Source of the DNA: Candidatus Peregrinibacteria bacterium RIFOXYB2_FULL_33_20
GTDB taxonomy: Bacteria > Patescibacteriota > Gracilibacteria > UBA1369 > GWF2-33-10
DNA length: 64,000 nt
Direction: 5' to 3'
Assembly: GCA_001788835.1 (NCBI GenBank)
Contig: MFXK01000028.1
Location: 60,256-124,255, forward strand
Shown: in pieces, positions 55,509 through 64,000 of the stretch
Layout: each line of letters opens with the position of its first letter
How positions within the stretch are numbered: the first letter of the stretch is position 1
The notes under the pieces: model-generated
What the model was told of the DNA's origin: nothing
What the model saw: the letters and a program-made list of their open reading frames with translations, nothing else
The model's database searches: none
Translations under genes and position numbers: made by a program

Positions 55509-56732
55509 ATGTTAGAATTTTTAAAATCAAAGGCCTCATTGTTAGGGAATAATACTGGTATTGATTTCCATTTTTTAACTAAAGATCAATATTATTTTGA
55601 TAGTGCTTGCCAGACTTTGCGTCCGCAAGCAGTGCTTGATGCGCAAAACGAATATTATCAGACTTATAATGCTTGTGGAGAAAGAGTTAAATATAAATGG
55701 GGGGTGCGAGTGGATGAGGAAGTGGATAGAGCTAGGGAGCTTTTATTAAATTATATTGGTAAATCAGCTAAGGAATATACGGTGGTTTTTACCCTGAACA
55801 CCACTTATGGGCTTAATTTGATTTTACAACAAATCAATCCTAAAAATTTTGAACAGGTTGTGGTTTCAGAATTTGAACATAACTCGGTTTTTCTGCCAAC
55901 AATCACTTGGAGTAGAAGACATAATAAAAAAAGGATTGTTTTACCAAGAAAATCAGATGGCAGTTTAGAGTTTTCTAATACTGACTTGAGAAACAGTATT
56001 GTTGTTATTAATACGGTTTCCAATATAGATGGTCGGTTATTAAAAAATTCAGAGGAATTAGCAAAATCGGTTCATAAAAATTCAGGAATTTTGATTCTTG
56101 ATGGTGCTCAAAATTTTTCTCATAATGTTGATAATTTGAAAAAAACTGATTTTGATGCGGTGTGCGGTTCAGGTCATAAGATGTATGGTCCAAGCATCGG
56201 TTTTATTATTATTAAAAAAAGTTTAATCAAACAACTTGATCATTTTTTACTGGGCGGGGGAACGGTCACTGATGTTAGAAAAGATGATTTTGATTTAATT
56301 ATTGATGATCATGAACTTTATGCAACAATGGAATTAGGTTTGCAGAATTGGGCGGGAATTATAGGGCTTAAGGCCGCGGTTAGCTGGTTAGATAAATTTC
56401 GACCTGCTGGCAGAAGTCGTGATGGCCATGAAAAAATTTTACGAGAAAAATTATTTACCGGACTTCAAGAAATTCCGGAGCTAAAAGTTTTTAATAAAGA
56501 ACCATCGCCGACAATAAGTATTTATTCAGATAAAATTGACGCACATAGACTTGGATTATATTTAAGTGAGCAAAATATTATGTGTCGGAGCGGATATTTT
56601 TGCTGTCATTATTATTTGAAGAATCTGCTTAAAATGGCGCCTCTTCTTCGTGTTTCTCTCGGACTACACAATAAAGAAAGCGATGTGGATTATTTGTTGG
56701 ATGTTTTGAGCAAGATTATGGGAAATGTTTAA
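55509..56732 (+). CDS. Class V aminotransferase, cysteine desulfurase (SufS/CsdA-like)
   Basis: PLP-Lys block CGSGHKMYGPSIG and the C-terminal catalytic Cys region CRSGYFCCHY (compare RTGHHCA). Confidence 0.7.
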   Translation: MLEFLKSKASLLGNNTGIDFHFLTKDQYYFDSACQTLRPQAVLDAQNEYYQTYNACGERVKYKWGVRVDEEVDRARELLLNYIGKSAKEYTVVFTLNTTYGLNLILQQINPKNFEQVVVSEFEHNSVFLPTITWSRRHNKKRIVLPRKSDGSLEFSNTDLRNSIVVINTVSNIDGRLLKNSEELAKSVHKNSGILILDGAQNFSHNVDNLKKTDFDAVCGSGHKMYGPSIGFIIIKKSLIKQLDHFLLGGGTVTDVRKDDFDLIIDDHELYATMELGLQNWAGIIGLKAAVSWLDKFRPAGRSRDGHEKILREKLFTGLQEIPELKVFNKEPSPTISIYSDKIDAHRLGLYLSEQNIMCRSGYFCCHYYLKNLLKMAPLLRVSLGLHNKESDVDYLLDVLSKIMGNV

Positions 56733-56747
56733 TTTAAAATTTCTACA

Positions 56748-57836
56748 ATGTTTTGTATCGCCGCTTTTATCATCTTTGCCATTTTGGGTATTTTTTCTGC
56801 TTCTCATAGGAAGTTAGCTAGAAAAGCCTGGTATTGTGTGGTGAAAAAAATCACTTTTAAACCTTGTGATATTAATTTCAGCGAAGAAGTGAAAGGCAAA
56901 CTTTTGGGTAAATTGATTATTAGAAGACCAAAATTGGCTAAATTTTTAAGTAAATGGTTTGATCTCATGGCTTGGATATTTGTAATTTTATCTATCTGGA
57001 GTTTGCTGACAGTCTTTAATTCCGGTGTGAATTTGTGGGTTTATGGGACTTGTAATGCTAGTACAGGAGAATCATGTTCTCTTTCTGGGGAGGCATGTGG
57101 CGTTAATAGAAATGATATTACTTTTATTGAGGCAGTTAAGAAAAATAAAATTCAGGATTGGGTGTTGGCACCGTTTAGGAATTTTGCTGAAACAGTTACA
57201 AGAATTCCTGATCGCCTTAGAACCTGGAATGCAGAAGAATACTTATCTTCAACTGCAACTTTCTATACAGTTTTGGATTTACAAAAAGAATATGCAATTG
57301 AAATACTTGATCCTGGATGCATATATTGTAAAAAACTTTTTGAAAATATTAAAACTGCAAATTTAGAACAAAAATATAATTTTTCTTATATCTTGTACCC
57401 AATTCCTGACTCGAAATCTGTAAATGGCTATAAGTTCAAAAATTCTTATTTGATTGCTTCTTATATCGAAGCAGTAAAGATTTTACCTTTATCTAATAAT
57501 AAATTCTCTTTATCAGCTGATTGGCAAATAATTGAGAAAATTTTTATTGAGCAAGATACTGACAATGTGCAGTGGCAGACTAAATTTAATATGATATTTG
57601 GTCCTGATGAAGCGGAAATGGTGTTGAAGCAATTTTTAGCGGAGATGGGCTATAGCTCAGAACAGATCGATCAAATTGTCGTGTTGGCCCATGAGACGCA
57701 AGTACAAGATAGCTTAGCTAAACAGAAATATTTGGTAGAGGAGCAAGTCAAAACCATCAGAATTCCTACCTTGATTTTTAATGGCAGACGCTATGATAGT
57801 GTGGTAGGGGAGGAGGTGTTGGGTAGTAAACGGTAG
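56748..57836 (+). CDS. Membrane-anchored thioredoxin-fold (DsbA-like) protein with Cys-rich linker
   Basis: Two TM helices (FCIAAFIIFAILGIFSA, LMAWIFVILSIWSLLTVF) are followed by the Cys-rich GTCNASTGESCSLSGEACG. The CxxC active-site context is ILDPGCIYCKKLFENI. Confidence 0.5.
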   Translation: MFCIAAFIIFAILGIFSASHRKLARKAWYCVVKKITFKPCDINFSEEVKGKLLGKLIIRRPKLAKFLSKWFDLMAWIFVILSIWSLLTVFNSGVNLWVYGTCNASTGESCSLSGEACGVNRNDITFIEAVKKNKIQDWVLAPFRNFAETVTRIPDRLRTWNAEEYLSSTATFYTVLDLQKEYAIEILDPGCIYCKKLFENIKTANLEQKYNFSYILYPIPDSKSVNGYKFKNSYLIASYIEAVKILPLSNNKFSLSADWQIIEKIFIEQDTDNVQWQTKFNMIFGPDEAEMVLKQFLAEMGYSSEQIDQIVVLAHETQVQDSLAKQKYLVEEQVKTIRIPTLIFNGRRYDSVVGEEVLGSKR

Positions 57837-57935
57837 GTTTGGTGTGAAAATCATTTAGTTTGTATATCCCCCTTGCACAAAGTAGAAAATTCTAATAATC
57901 TTTTAGGTGCGAATACATGTTTTCTTTCTTCTTCC

Positions 57936-60590
57936 ATGCCTGACATTGCCAAAGTTTATGATGCTAAAAAATATGAAGATAGTATTTATCAAATGTGGGA
58001 TAAGTTAGGCCTATTCAGCCCAGAAATAGATCCAAGCAAAAAACCTTTCACGATTGCCATGCCGCCGCCAAACGCTACAGGCACTTTGCATCTTGGACAT
58101 GCTACAATGTTAGCGCTAGAAGATTTAATGGTTAGATATAAACGGATGGCTGGCTTTGAAACCTTGTGGTTGCCGGGGACAGATCATGCCGCGATCGCCA
58201 CGCAAAATAAAGTGGAAGGGATTTTGGCGAAAGAGCACAAAACTAGGCATGATTTGGGACGAGAGAGGTTTTTGGAAAAGGTGAAAGAATACGTCGCTAG
58301 TTCTCAAGATACTATTAAGAATCAAGTCAAAAAAATGGGATCAAGCTGTGATTGGTCGCGAGAAGCTTATACTTTTAGCGATAAATTAAGTTTTGCAGTG
58401 AATACCGTATTTAAGCGAATGTATGAAGACGGATTGGTTTATCGCGGTAATCGTATTGTAAATTGGTGTTGTCGTTGTCACTCCACTTTGGCTGATGATG
58501 AAGTTAGTTATAAAGATGAAAATGGGAAATTATACTGGATTAAATATGGTCCGTTTGAACTTGCCACCACAAGGCCAGAAACAAAATTAGGCGATACAGC
58601 TGTTGCAGTTCATCCTGATGATTTTAGATACAAAAATTTAATTGGTAAAAAATTTAATATTTTAGGAGTGTTAGGTGAATTTGAAATAACCGTTGTAGCA
58701 GATGAATTAGTGGATAGAGAATTTGGTTCTGGAGCAGTAAAAGTTACTCCATCGCATAGTTTTATGGATTTTGAAATTGCTCAAAGACACAATTTACCAT
58801 TTAAACAAATTATAAATGAAGAGGGCAAAATGATGGATAATTGTGGAAAATATGCAGGGATGACAACTTTGGAGTGTCGTAAAGCTATAGTTGAAGATAT
58901 GAAAAATATGGGGATTCTTCTGAAAGTTGAAGATTATTCTCATAAGATTTCAATTTGTTATCGATGTGGTACTGTGATTGAGCCTCTCACTTCCGAACAA
59001 TGGTTCATTAATGTCAACAAAAAACTATCCAGAGAAAGTTGGCAGAAAAAAGATAATGATTTGCTGAAGGATTTGGAGGGGACGTCTTTTTCTTTGAAAG
59101 ATATTGCTAATCATGTGGTACGCAGTGGACAGGTGAAAATCATTCCCGATCGTTTCAATAACACTTATTTCCATTGGATGGAGAATCTTCGTGATTGGTG
59201 TATTAGTCGACAGATCTGGTGGGGGCATCGCGTACCGGTTTATTATTGTCATGATTGTCATCATATTATGGTGGAGCTTGAGCCAATGTCAGTTTGCAAT
59301 AAATGTAGTTCCGTTAATCTCAAGCAGGATGAAGATACTCTGGATACCTGGTTTTCATCTGCTCTTTGGACTTTTTCAACGCTTGGCTGGCCTGAGCAAA
59401 CGCAAGATTTGAAATATTTTCATCCTACACAGGTGATGGAAACAGGTTATGATATTTTGTTTTTTTGGGTGGCGAGAATGATCATTATGAGCACTTACGC
59501 GGTGGGAGAAATCCCTTTTGAGACTGTGTATTTGCATGGCTTGGTGCGGGATAAAGAAGGCCGAAAAATGAGCAAATCTCTGGGCAATGGCATTGACCCT
59601 TTGGATATGATTGATAAGTTTGGGGCGGATGCTGTTCGCTTAAGCTTATTGATTGGTACTACGCCTGGCAATGATATGAGGCTTTATGAGGAGAAGATTT
59701 CTGGTTATCGAAATTTTGTTAATAAACTTTGGAATGCTTTTCGTTTGGTTATGATGATTTGTGAAAATAATGCTGGCGATAGTGCTAATTTAAACTTGGC
59801 TGATAAATGGATTATGACGGAAACTCAGTCTTTGGTTGAAGAGGTGACCACCATGCTCGATGAATACAGATTTTCGGATGCCGGTAGTCGGATTTATGAT
59901 TTTACCTGGTCGGTTTTTTGTGATTGGTATTTGGAAATAAGTAAAATCCATCCCAATCCAGCTGTCTTGAAATATGTGTTGGACATTATTTTGAAATTAG
60001 CTCATCCTTTCAGCCCTTTTGTTACTGAGGCTGTTTATCAGGAAATACAGGGCGCTGATCCAAATAGCAATATTTTGATGATTCAGAGTTGGCCTAAACC
60101 TCAGAATGATTTGATTTTCGCGGAAGAAGCCAAGCAAATGGAGACAGTGGTAGAGGTAATAAAAGAGATCAGATCTTTGCGAGTGCAGGTCAAAGTGGAG
60201 GCCGTGCGCAAGATTCAAGCCTATATTTATGGTGCAGAGATGACTACCGCTTTGATGAAAAAATCTGAAGTGATTAAACGTTTGGCTAATTTGTCTGAAT
60301 TAATCATTGCTCAATCAGGGCAAAAAATTGAAAAATCAATCAGCAAGTTTGTCGGTAATATTGAAATATATTTGCCATTGGAATCTTTGGTTGACAGTGC
60401 CAAAGAAAGGTTAAGGTTAAAAAAAGAAATTGAAAGATTGAATGCTTATATTACTGCTTTGCAGTTGAAATTAAATAATAATGATTTTACCGCTAAAGCT
60501 CCAGCGCATGTAGTAGAGTTGGAACAGCAAAAACTTCTCACAGCCAGAATGGAATTAAATAAGATAGAGGAACAGCTAAAGGAGGTTTAG
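57936..60590 (+). CDS. valS: Valyl-tRNA synthetase
   Basis: HIGH region PPPNATGTLHLGHA, KMSKS present, and a C-terminal coiled coil. The ATG at 57936 is preferred over the TTG at 57873. Confidence 0.9.
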   Translation: MPDIAKVYDAKKYEDSIYQMWDKLGLFSPEIDPSKKPFTIAMPPPNATGTLHLGHATMLALEDLMVRYKRMAGFETLWLPGTDHAAIATQNKVEGILAKEHKTRHDLGRERFLEKVKEYVASSQDTIKNQVKKMGSSCDWSREAYTFSDKLSFAVNTVFKRMYEDGLVYRGNRIVNWCCRCHSTLADDEVSYKDENGKLYWIKYGPFELATTRPETKLGDTAVAVHPDDFRYKNLIGKKFNILGVLGEFEITVVADELVDREFGSGAVKVTPSHSFMDFEIAQRHNLPFKQIINEEGKMMDNCGKYAGMTTLECRKAIVEDMKNMGILLKVEDYSHKISICYRCGTVIEPLTSEQWFINVNKKLSRESWQKKDNDLLKDLEGTSFSLKDIANHVVRSGQVKIIPDRFNNTYFHWMENLRDWCISRQIWWGHRVPVYYCHDCHHIMVELEPMSVCNKCSSVNLKQDEDTLDTWFSSALWTFSTLGWPEQTQDLKYFHPTQVMETGYDILFFWVARMIIMSTYAVGEIPFETVYLHGLVRDKEGRKMSKSLGNGIDPLDMIDKFGADAVRLSLLIGTTPGNDMRLYEEKISGYRNFVNKLWNAFRLVMMICENNAGDSANLNLADKWIMTETQSLVEEVTTMLDEYRFSDAGSRIYDFTWSVFCDWYLEISKIHPNPAVLKYVLDIILKLAHPFSPFVTEAVYQEIQGADPNSNILMIQSWPKPQNDLIFAEEAKQMETVVEVIKEIRSLRVQVKVEAVRKIQAYIYGAEMTTALMKKSEVIKRLANLSELIIAQSGQKIEKSISKFVGNIEIYLPLESLVDSAKERLRLKKEIERLNAYITALQLKLNNNDFTAKAPAHVVELEQQKLLTARMELNKIEEQLKEV

Positions 60591-61451
60591 AAATAACTTT
60601 TCCCATTCTTTAATCTCCAAAGTTTCCGCCCTCCTTTTGGCATCAATGTTTGCCTGGCTGAGAATTTGGATGGTTTTCTCTGATGAAAGATGTAGCCCGT
60701 TTGAAAGGCAATTGTGGATTTGTTTGCGGGGGTTAGAAAAGCCGGCCTGAATGGTTTTGAAAAAGGACGGTAAATTTTGGATAATTTTCTCGTGCAAATT
60801 TAATTTTGGATGTGGCCTGATTTTTAAAATGGCTGATGTTACTTTTGGCTGGGGATAAAAACTGGTTTTGGAGACAAAATCCACGATTTCCGCTTCTGCA
60901 AAAATTTGCACATTTAAACTTAGCACGGAGTGTTTGCTCTTAAATTCTCCTTTCATGCAGATTTTTTCCGCCACTTCTTTTTGAACTAATAAAACAATTA
61001 ATTCCGGAACATTCGGCTCAACACCCAAAGAACTTTTCTCCACAATTTCATCTTTCAAAAAATGATTGATAAGAGGTGAAGTAATGTAATAAGGAATATT
61101 AGAAATAATTTTGAATTTTGAATTTTTAATTTTGAATTTTAAAGCATCTTCATTTAAGATTTCTATATTTTTGAAATCATAAGTTGTTGATTTCAGCAGT
61201 GGCAAAAGTTTTGAATCGAGTTCAATTGAGGTGACATGATTTGCATGTTTTGCGAGTTCAGTTGTTAACACTCCAATACCAGGACCAATTTCCAAAACCT
61301 CATCCTGGTCTCCCACTTCTCCCGCCTTAACAATTTTTCCTAAAACTTTTTTATTAATAAGAAAATTCTGTCCAAGTTTTTTTTGAGCCAATAAATTATA
61401 TTTTATCAACAAGTTTTTAATTTGGGCAGGATTTGTTAAGTCAAAAGACAT
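60576..61451 (-). CDS. rsmA: 16S rRNA (adenine1518/1519-N6)-dimethyltransferase
   Basis: KKLGQNFL, EIGPGIGVLT and SNIPYYITSP. The 3' end overlaps the convergent valS by 15 nt. Confidence 0.85.
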   Translation of the reverse strand: MSFDLTNPAQIKNLLIKYNLLAQKKLGQNFLINKKVLGKIVKAGEVGDQDEVLEIGPGIGVLTTELAKHANHVTSIELDSKLLPLLKSTTYDFKNIEILNEDALKFKIKNSKFKIISNIPYYITSPLINHFLKDEIVEKSSLGVEPNVPELIVLLVQKEVAEKICMKGEFKSKHSVLSLNVQIFAEAEIVDFVSKTSFYPQPKVTSAILKIRPHPKLNLHEKIIQNLPSFFKTIQAGFSNPRKQIHNCLSNGLHLSSEKTIQILSQANIDAKRRAETLEIKEWEKLFLNLL

Positions 61452-61505
61452 TTTGAAGTGGCAGTTAATCTGTTAAAATTTTAGCAGTTTTTTCTTTTTT
61501 TCCTA

Positions 61506-62012
61506 TTGAATTTTGACTTGGAGAAATTTCGAAGTATGACCGTCAAATTGCCTAGGTTTGATGATGGCCGGGTGGATTTTACCAATGCAGGTTATGCTTT
61601 TGTTTTGAGTTGTTTTATCAAGTTCCAAAATGAGATTTTACTTTTAAAAAGGAGCAATCAAGTTTCCACCCATCAGGGCAAATGGCATACAGTAGCCGGA
61701 TATATTGACGAAGAAATTGATTTGAAGGCCAAAGCTTTGAAAGAACTAAATGAAGAAATCGGCCTTACGGAAGATTTGATTGATTCATTTGTTTTTGGTG
61801 AACCTTACGAAAGATTGGATTCGAGCGTGAATCGTACTTGGCATGTTTATCCGATATTAGCTAATTTGAAAACTAGACCAAAGATTACTTTGGATTTTGA
61901 GCACACGGAATATCAATGGATGCAACTGAAAAATATTGATAAACTGGATTTGGATTTGGTACCGAATTTTAAGTTGAGTTTAGCAAAAGTGATGAGATCT
62001 AAATATATCTGA
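61506..62012 (+). CDS. NUDIX hydrolase
   Basis: Nudix-box-like GYIDEEIDLKAKALKELNEEIGL. TTG start in the track; an alternative ATG lies at 61536. Confidence 0.65.
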   Translation: MNFDLEKFRSMTVKLPRFDDGRVDFTNAGYAFVLSCFIKFQNEILLLKRSNQVSTHQGKWHTVAGYIDEEIDLKAKALKELNEEIGLTEDLIDSFVFGEPYERLDSSVNRTWHVYPILANLKTRPKITLDFEHTEYQWMQLKNIDKLDLDLVPNFKLSLAKVMRSKYI

Positions 62013-62087
62013 TTTATTTGCTAAAATTTAAAAAGGTTTTTACTATAACAGTAGTAACAAAAAATGTAAATTTAAAAATATGTGATT

Positions 62088-62903
62088 ATGTCAAAATTAG
62101 CAATTTTTGATGGGAAGAAAATCCGTAGGTATTGGGATAGTGATAAAGAAAAATGGTATTTTTCTGTAGTGGATGTGGTTGGGGTTTTAAGTAACAGTAG
62201 TGATCCTAGAAATTATTGGAAGGTGTTGAAAATGCGCTTGAAATCTGAAGGAAATCAAACGGTTACAAATTGTAACCAGTTGAAATTGTTAGCAGAGGAT
62301 GGGAAAATGCGAAAAACAGATGTAGCTGATACTGAAACGTTGTTTAGAGTTATTCAATCAATTCCTTCTTCAAATGCTGAACCTTTTAAATTATGGTTAG
62401 CTAAAGTTGGACACGAAAGAGTTCAAGAAACTGATGATCCTGAGCTTGCTTTGGATCGAGCTATGAAAACATATTTGCAAAAAGGATATTCGAAAGAGTG
62501 GATTAATCAGCGACTTAAAAGTATTGAAATTCGAAAAGAACTTACTGATGAATGGGAAAAATGTGGAGTTAAAGAAAATAAGGAATTTGCAATTTTGACT
62601 GATGAGATAACTTTTGCATGGGCAGGACTTCACATAAAAGATTATAAAAAGCATAAAAATTTAAAAACTGAGAATTTAAGAGATAATATGACAAATCTTG
62701 AATTAGTTTTAAACATGCTTGCTGAAGCTACAACGACAGAAATCTCAAAAGAAGTTAAACCAAAAATATTTGAAGAAAATAAAAAAGTTGCAAAAGAAGG
62801 AGGTCAAATTGTAGGGAATACAAGAAAAGAAATTGAAAATAAGACTGGTAAGAAAGTGATTTCTGCGAGTAATATGAAGTTAACTAAACAATTAAATAAA
62901 TAA
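62088..62903 (+). CDS. Bro-N domain / DinD-like (DNA-damage-inducible protein D family) protein
   Basis: N-terminus WYFSVVDVVGVLS...NYWKVLKMRL...DGKMRKTDV (Bro-N-like), followed by AEPFKLWLAKVGHERVQE...LTDEW...NLRDNMTNLEL. The ATG at 62088 is preferred over the GTG at 62082. Confidence 0.55.
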   Translation: MSKLAIFDGKKIRRYWDSDKEKWYFSVVDVVGVLSNSSDPRNYWKVLKMRLKSEGNQTVTNCNQLKLLAEDGKMRKTDVADTETLFRVIQSIPSSNAEPFKLWLAKVGHERVQETDDPELALDRAMKTYLQKGYSKEWINQRLKSIEIRKELTDEWEKCGVKENKEFAILTDEITFAWAGLHIKDYKKHKNLKTENLRDNMTNLELVLNMLAEATTTEISKEVKPKIFEENKKVAKEGGQIVGNTRKEIENKTGKKVISASNMKLTKQLNK

Positions 62904-62925
62904 TTTTATAAAGTTTTTTAAACCT

Positions 62926-64000
62926 ATGTTCAAAGACGTAAACCAAAAACAATCATTTCCTGAGCTTGAAAAAAATATTATTAAATTCTGGAAAGAACAG
63001 AAAATTTTTGAAAAATCTGTGGAAGGTAAAATTGATGCGAAAGATTATATTTTTTATGATGGGCCTCCATTTGCAACAGGGCTTCCTCATTATGGTCATA
63101 TTTTGGCAGGAACAATGAAAGATGTTGTGCCAAGATATTTCACAATGAAAGGATTCAAAATTGAAAGAAAATTTGGCTGGGATTGTCATGGACTTCCTGT
63201 TGAATATGAAGTTGAAAAAGAACTTGGAATTTCAGGACGAAAAGATATTGAAGAAAAAATGGGAATTGCTGAGTTTTGTGAAAAATGTAGATCAATTGTT
63301 TTGCGCTATACCAAAGAATGGGAAGAAACTGTTTCCAGAACTGAAAGATGGGTGGATTTCAAAAATGATTACAAAACAATGGATCCAACTTATATGGAAT
63401 CTATTTGGTGGGTTTTTTCGCAACTTTGGGAAAAAGGTTTGGTGTATGAAGGACATAAACCAATGCATATCTGTCCTCGATGTACGACTCCACTCTCCAA
63501 TTTCGAAGTTACACAAGGTTACAAAGACATAACTGATATTTCAGCAACAGCGAAATTTAAAGTTAAAAATTTAGAAAATACATTTATTTTAGCTTGGACA
63601 ACAACTCCATGGACTTTGCCGGGAAATGTTCTTTTGGCTGTAGGAGAAGATATTGAATATGCTTATGTCAGCCATAATAAATTTGATAATGATGGCAAAG
63701 AAATTGGCACAGAAAATGAAACTTATATTTTAGCAAAAGATTTAATTTCAAAATACTTTGGACAGGAAGAAGGACTTTATAAAATTCACAAAATTGTGAA
63801 AGGAAAAGATTTAGTTGGTTTTAAATATGAACCTTTATTCTCATATTTCAAAGATACAAAAAATGCTTTTAGAGTAGTAACTGCTGATTTTGTCTCTATA
63901 ACTGATGGTACTGGAGTTGTGCATATTGCAACTGCATTTGGAGAAGATGATTTTATACTGAGGACAAAAGAAAATGTCCCTTTGGTAAGGCATGTAAATA
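62926..64000 (+). CDS. ileS: Isoleucyl-tRNA synthetase, type 2 (eukaryote/archaea-like), 5' part; continues beyond the right window edge
   Basis: Absent from the ORF track because it has no stop in the window. The ATG at 62926 gives MFKDVNQKQSFPELEKNIIKFWKEQKIFEKS...YIFYDGPPFATGLPHYGHILAGTMKDVVPRYFTMKGF...GWDCHGLPVE...TTTPWTLPGN. PPFATGLPHYGH is the type-2 IleRS HIGH region. Confidence 0.9.
   Translation, partial: MFKDVNQKQSFPELEKNIIKFWKEQKIFEKSVEGKIDAKDYIFYDGPPFATGLPHYGHILAGTMKDVVPRYFTMKGFKIERKFGWDCHGLPVEYEVEKELGISGRKDIEEKMGIAEFCEKCRSIVLRYTKEWEETVSRTERWVDFKNDYKTMDPTYMESIWWVFSQLWEKGLVYEGHKPMHICPRCTTPLSNFEVTQGYKDITDISATAKFKVKNLENTFILAWTTTPWTLPGNVLLAVGEDIEYAYVSHNKFDNDGKEIGTENETYILAKDLISKYFGQEEGLYKIHKIVKGKDLVGFKYEPLFSYFKDTKNAFRVVTADFVSITDGTGVVHIATAFGEDDFILRTKENVPLVRHVN

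Noticed and set aside
62953-63532. Three track ORFs (62953-63189 minus, 63161-63532 plus, 63292-63516 minus).
   Set aside because: All overlap the strongly supported ileS reading frame that runs off the window edge. They are off-frame or antisense shadows.
1-64000. Alternative genetic code (UGA recoded, as in some candidate-phylum lineages).
   Set aside because: Several well-recognised genes end at TGA at the expected protein length, for example 24538-25215, 48695-49441 and 61506-62012. Conserved proteins are unbroken under the standard code.

Overview
The window is an AT-rich, tightly packed bacterial chromosomal segment. It uses the standard code: TAA, TAG and TGA all end ORFs at sensible lengths. 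I support about 45 protein genes and one tRNA-Lys(UUU). I see no rRNA, no CRISPR array and no intact mobile element. Most genes are housekeeping or envelope functions:
- Translation and RNA modification: valS, the 5' part of a type-2 ileS, rsmA, rsmG, ychF and an RluA-family synthase.
- Envelope: murA, a class B PBP, GT2 and GT4 glycosyltransferases, galE, two DedA proteins and a PAP2 fusion.
- Peptidases: M16, S8 and PepN.
- Others: PolX, ispG, aroD, an ABC-2 exporter and a SufS-like enzyme.
- A four-gene arginine-to-polyamine cluster.

The stand-out is a single 5,487-codon minus-strand ORF (25399-41862), about a quarter of the window. It encodes a secreted mosaic protein with Ca-binding TSP3-type repeats, two SLH-like triplets, Ig-like, FG-GAP-like, DUF11-like and PKD-like modules. 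Its centre is a roughly 2-kb hydrophobic, Cys-rich and Pro-rich module that I cannot assign to any family. A type IV pilin gene with its own terminator lies directly upstream on the same strand, and tRNA-Lys lies beyond that.

Secondary curiosities:
- A decayed mobile-element patch at 6.4-7.8 kb, with an IS1 InsA-like ORF and a DUF559 fragment inside about 100-bp inverted repeats. A related palindromic repeat copy sits at 16.35 kb.
- A DedA-PAP2-LssY_C fusion.
- A membrane-anchored DsbA-like protein.
- Several ORFans.

The gene content (pilin, stand-alone ComEC nuclease domain, PolX, patchy biosynthesis, giant surface protein) suggests a reduced, possibly episymbiotic Patescibacteria/CPR-like organism. 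That is inference only. All domain calls come from reading motifs by eye; no searches were run.
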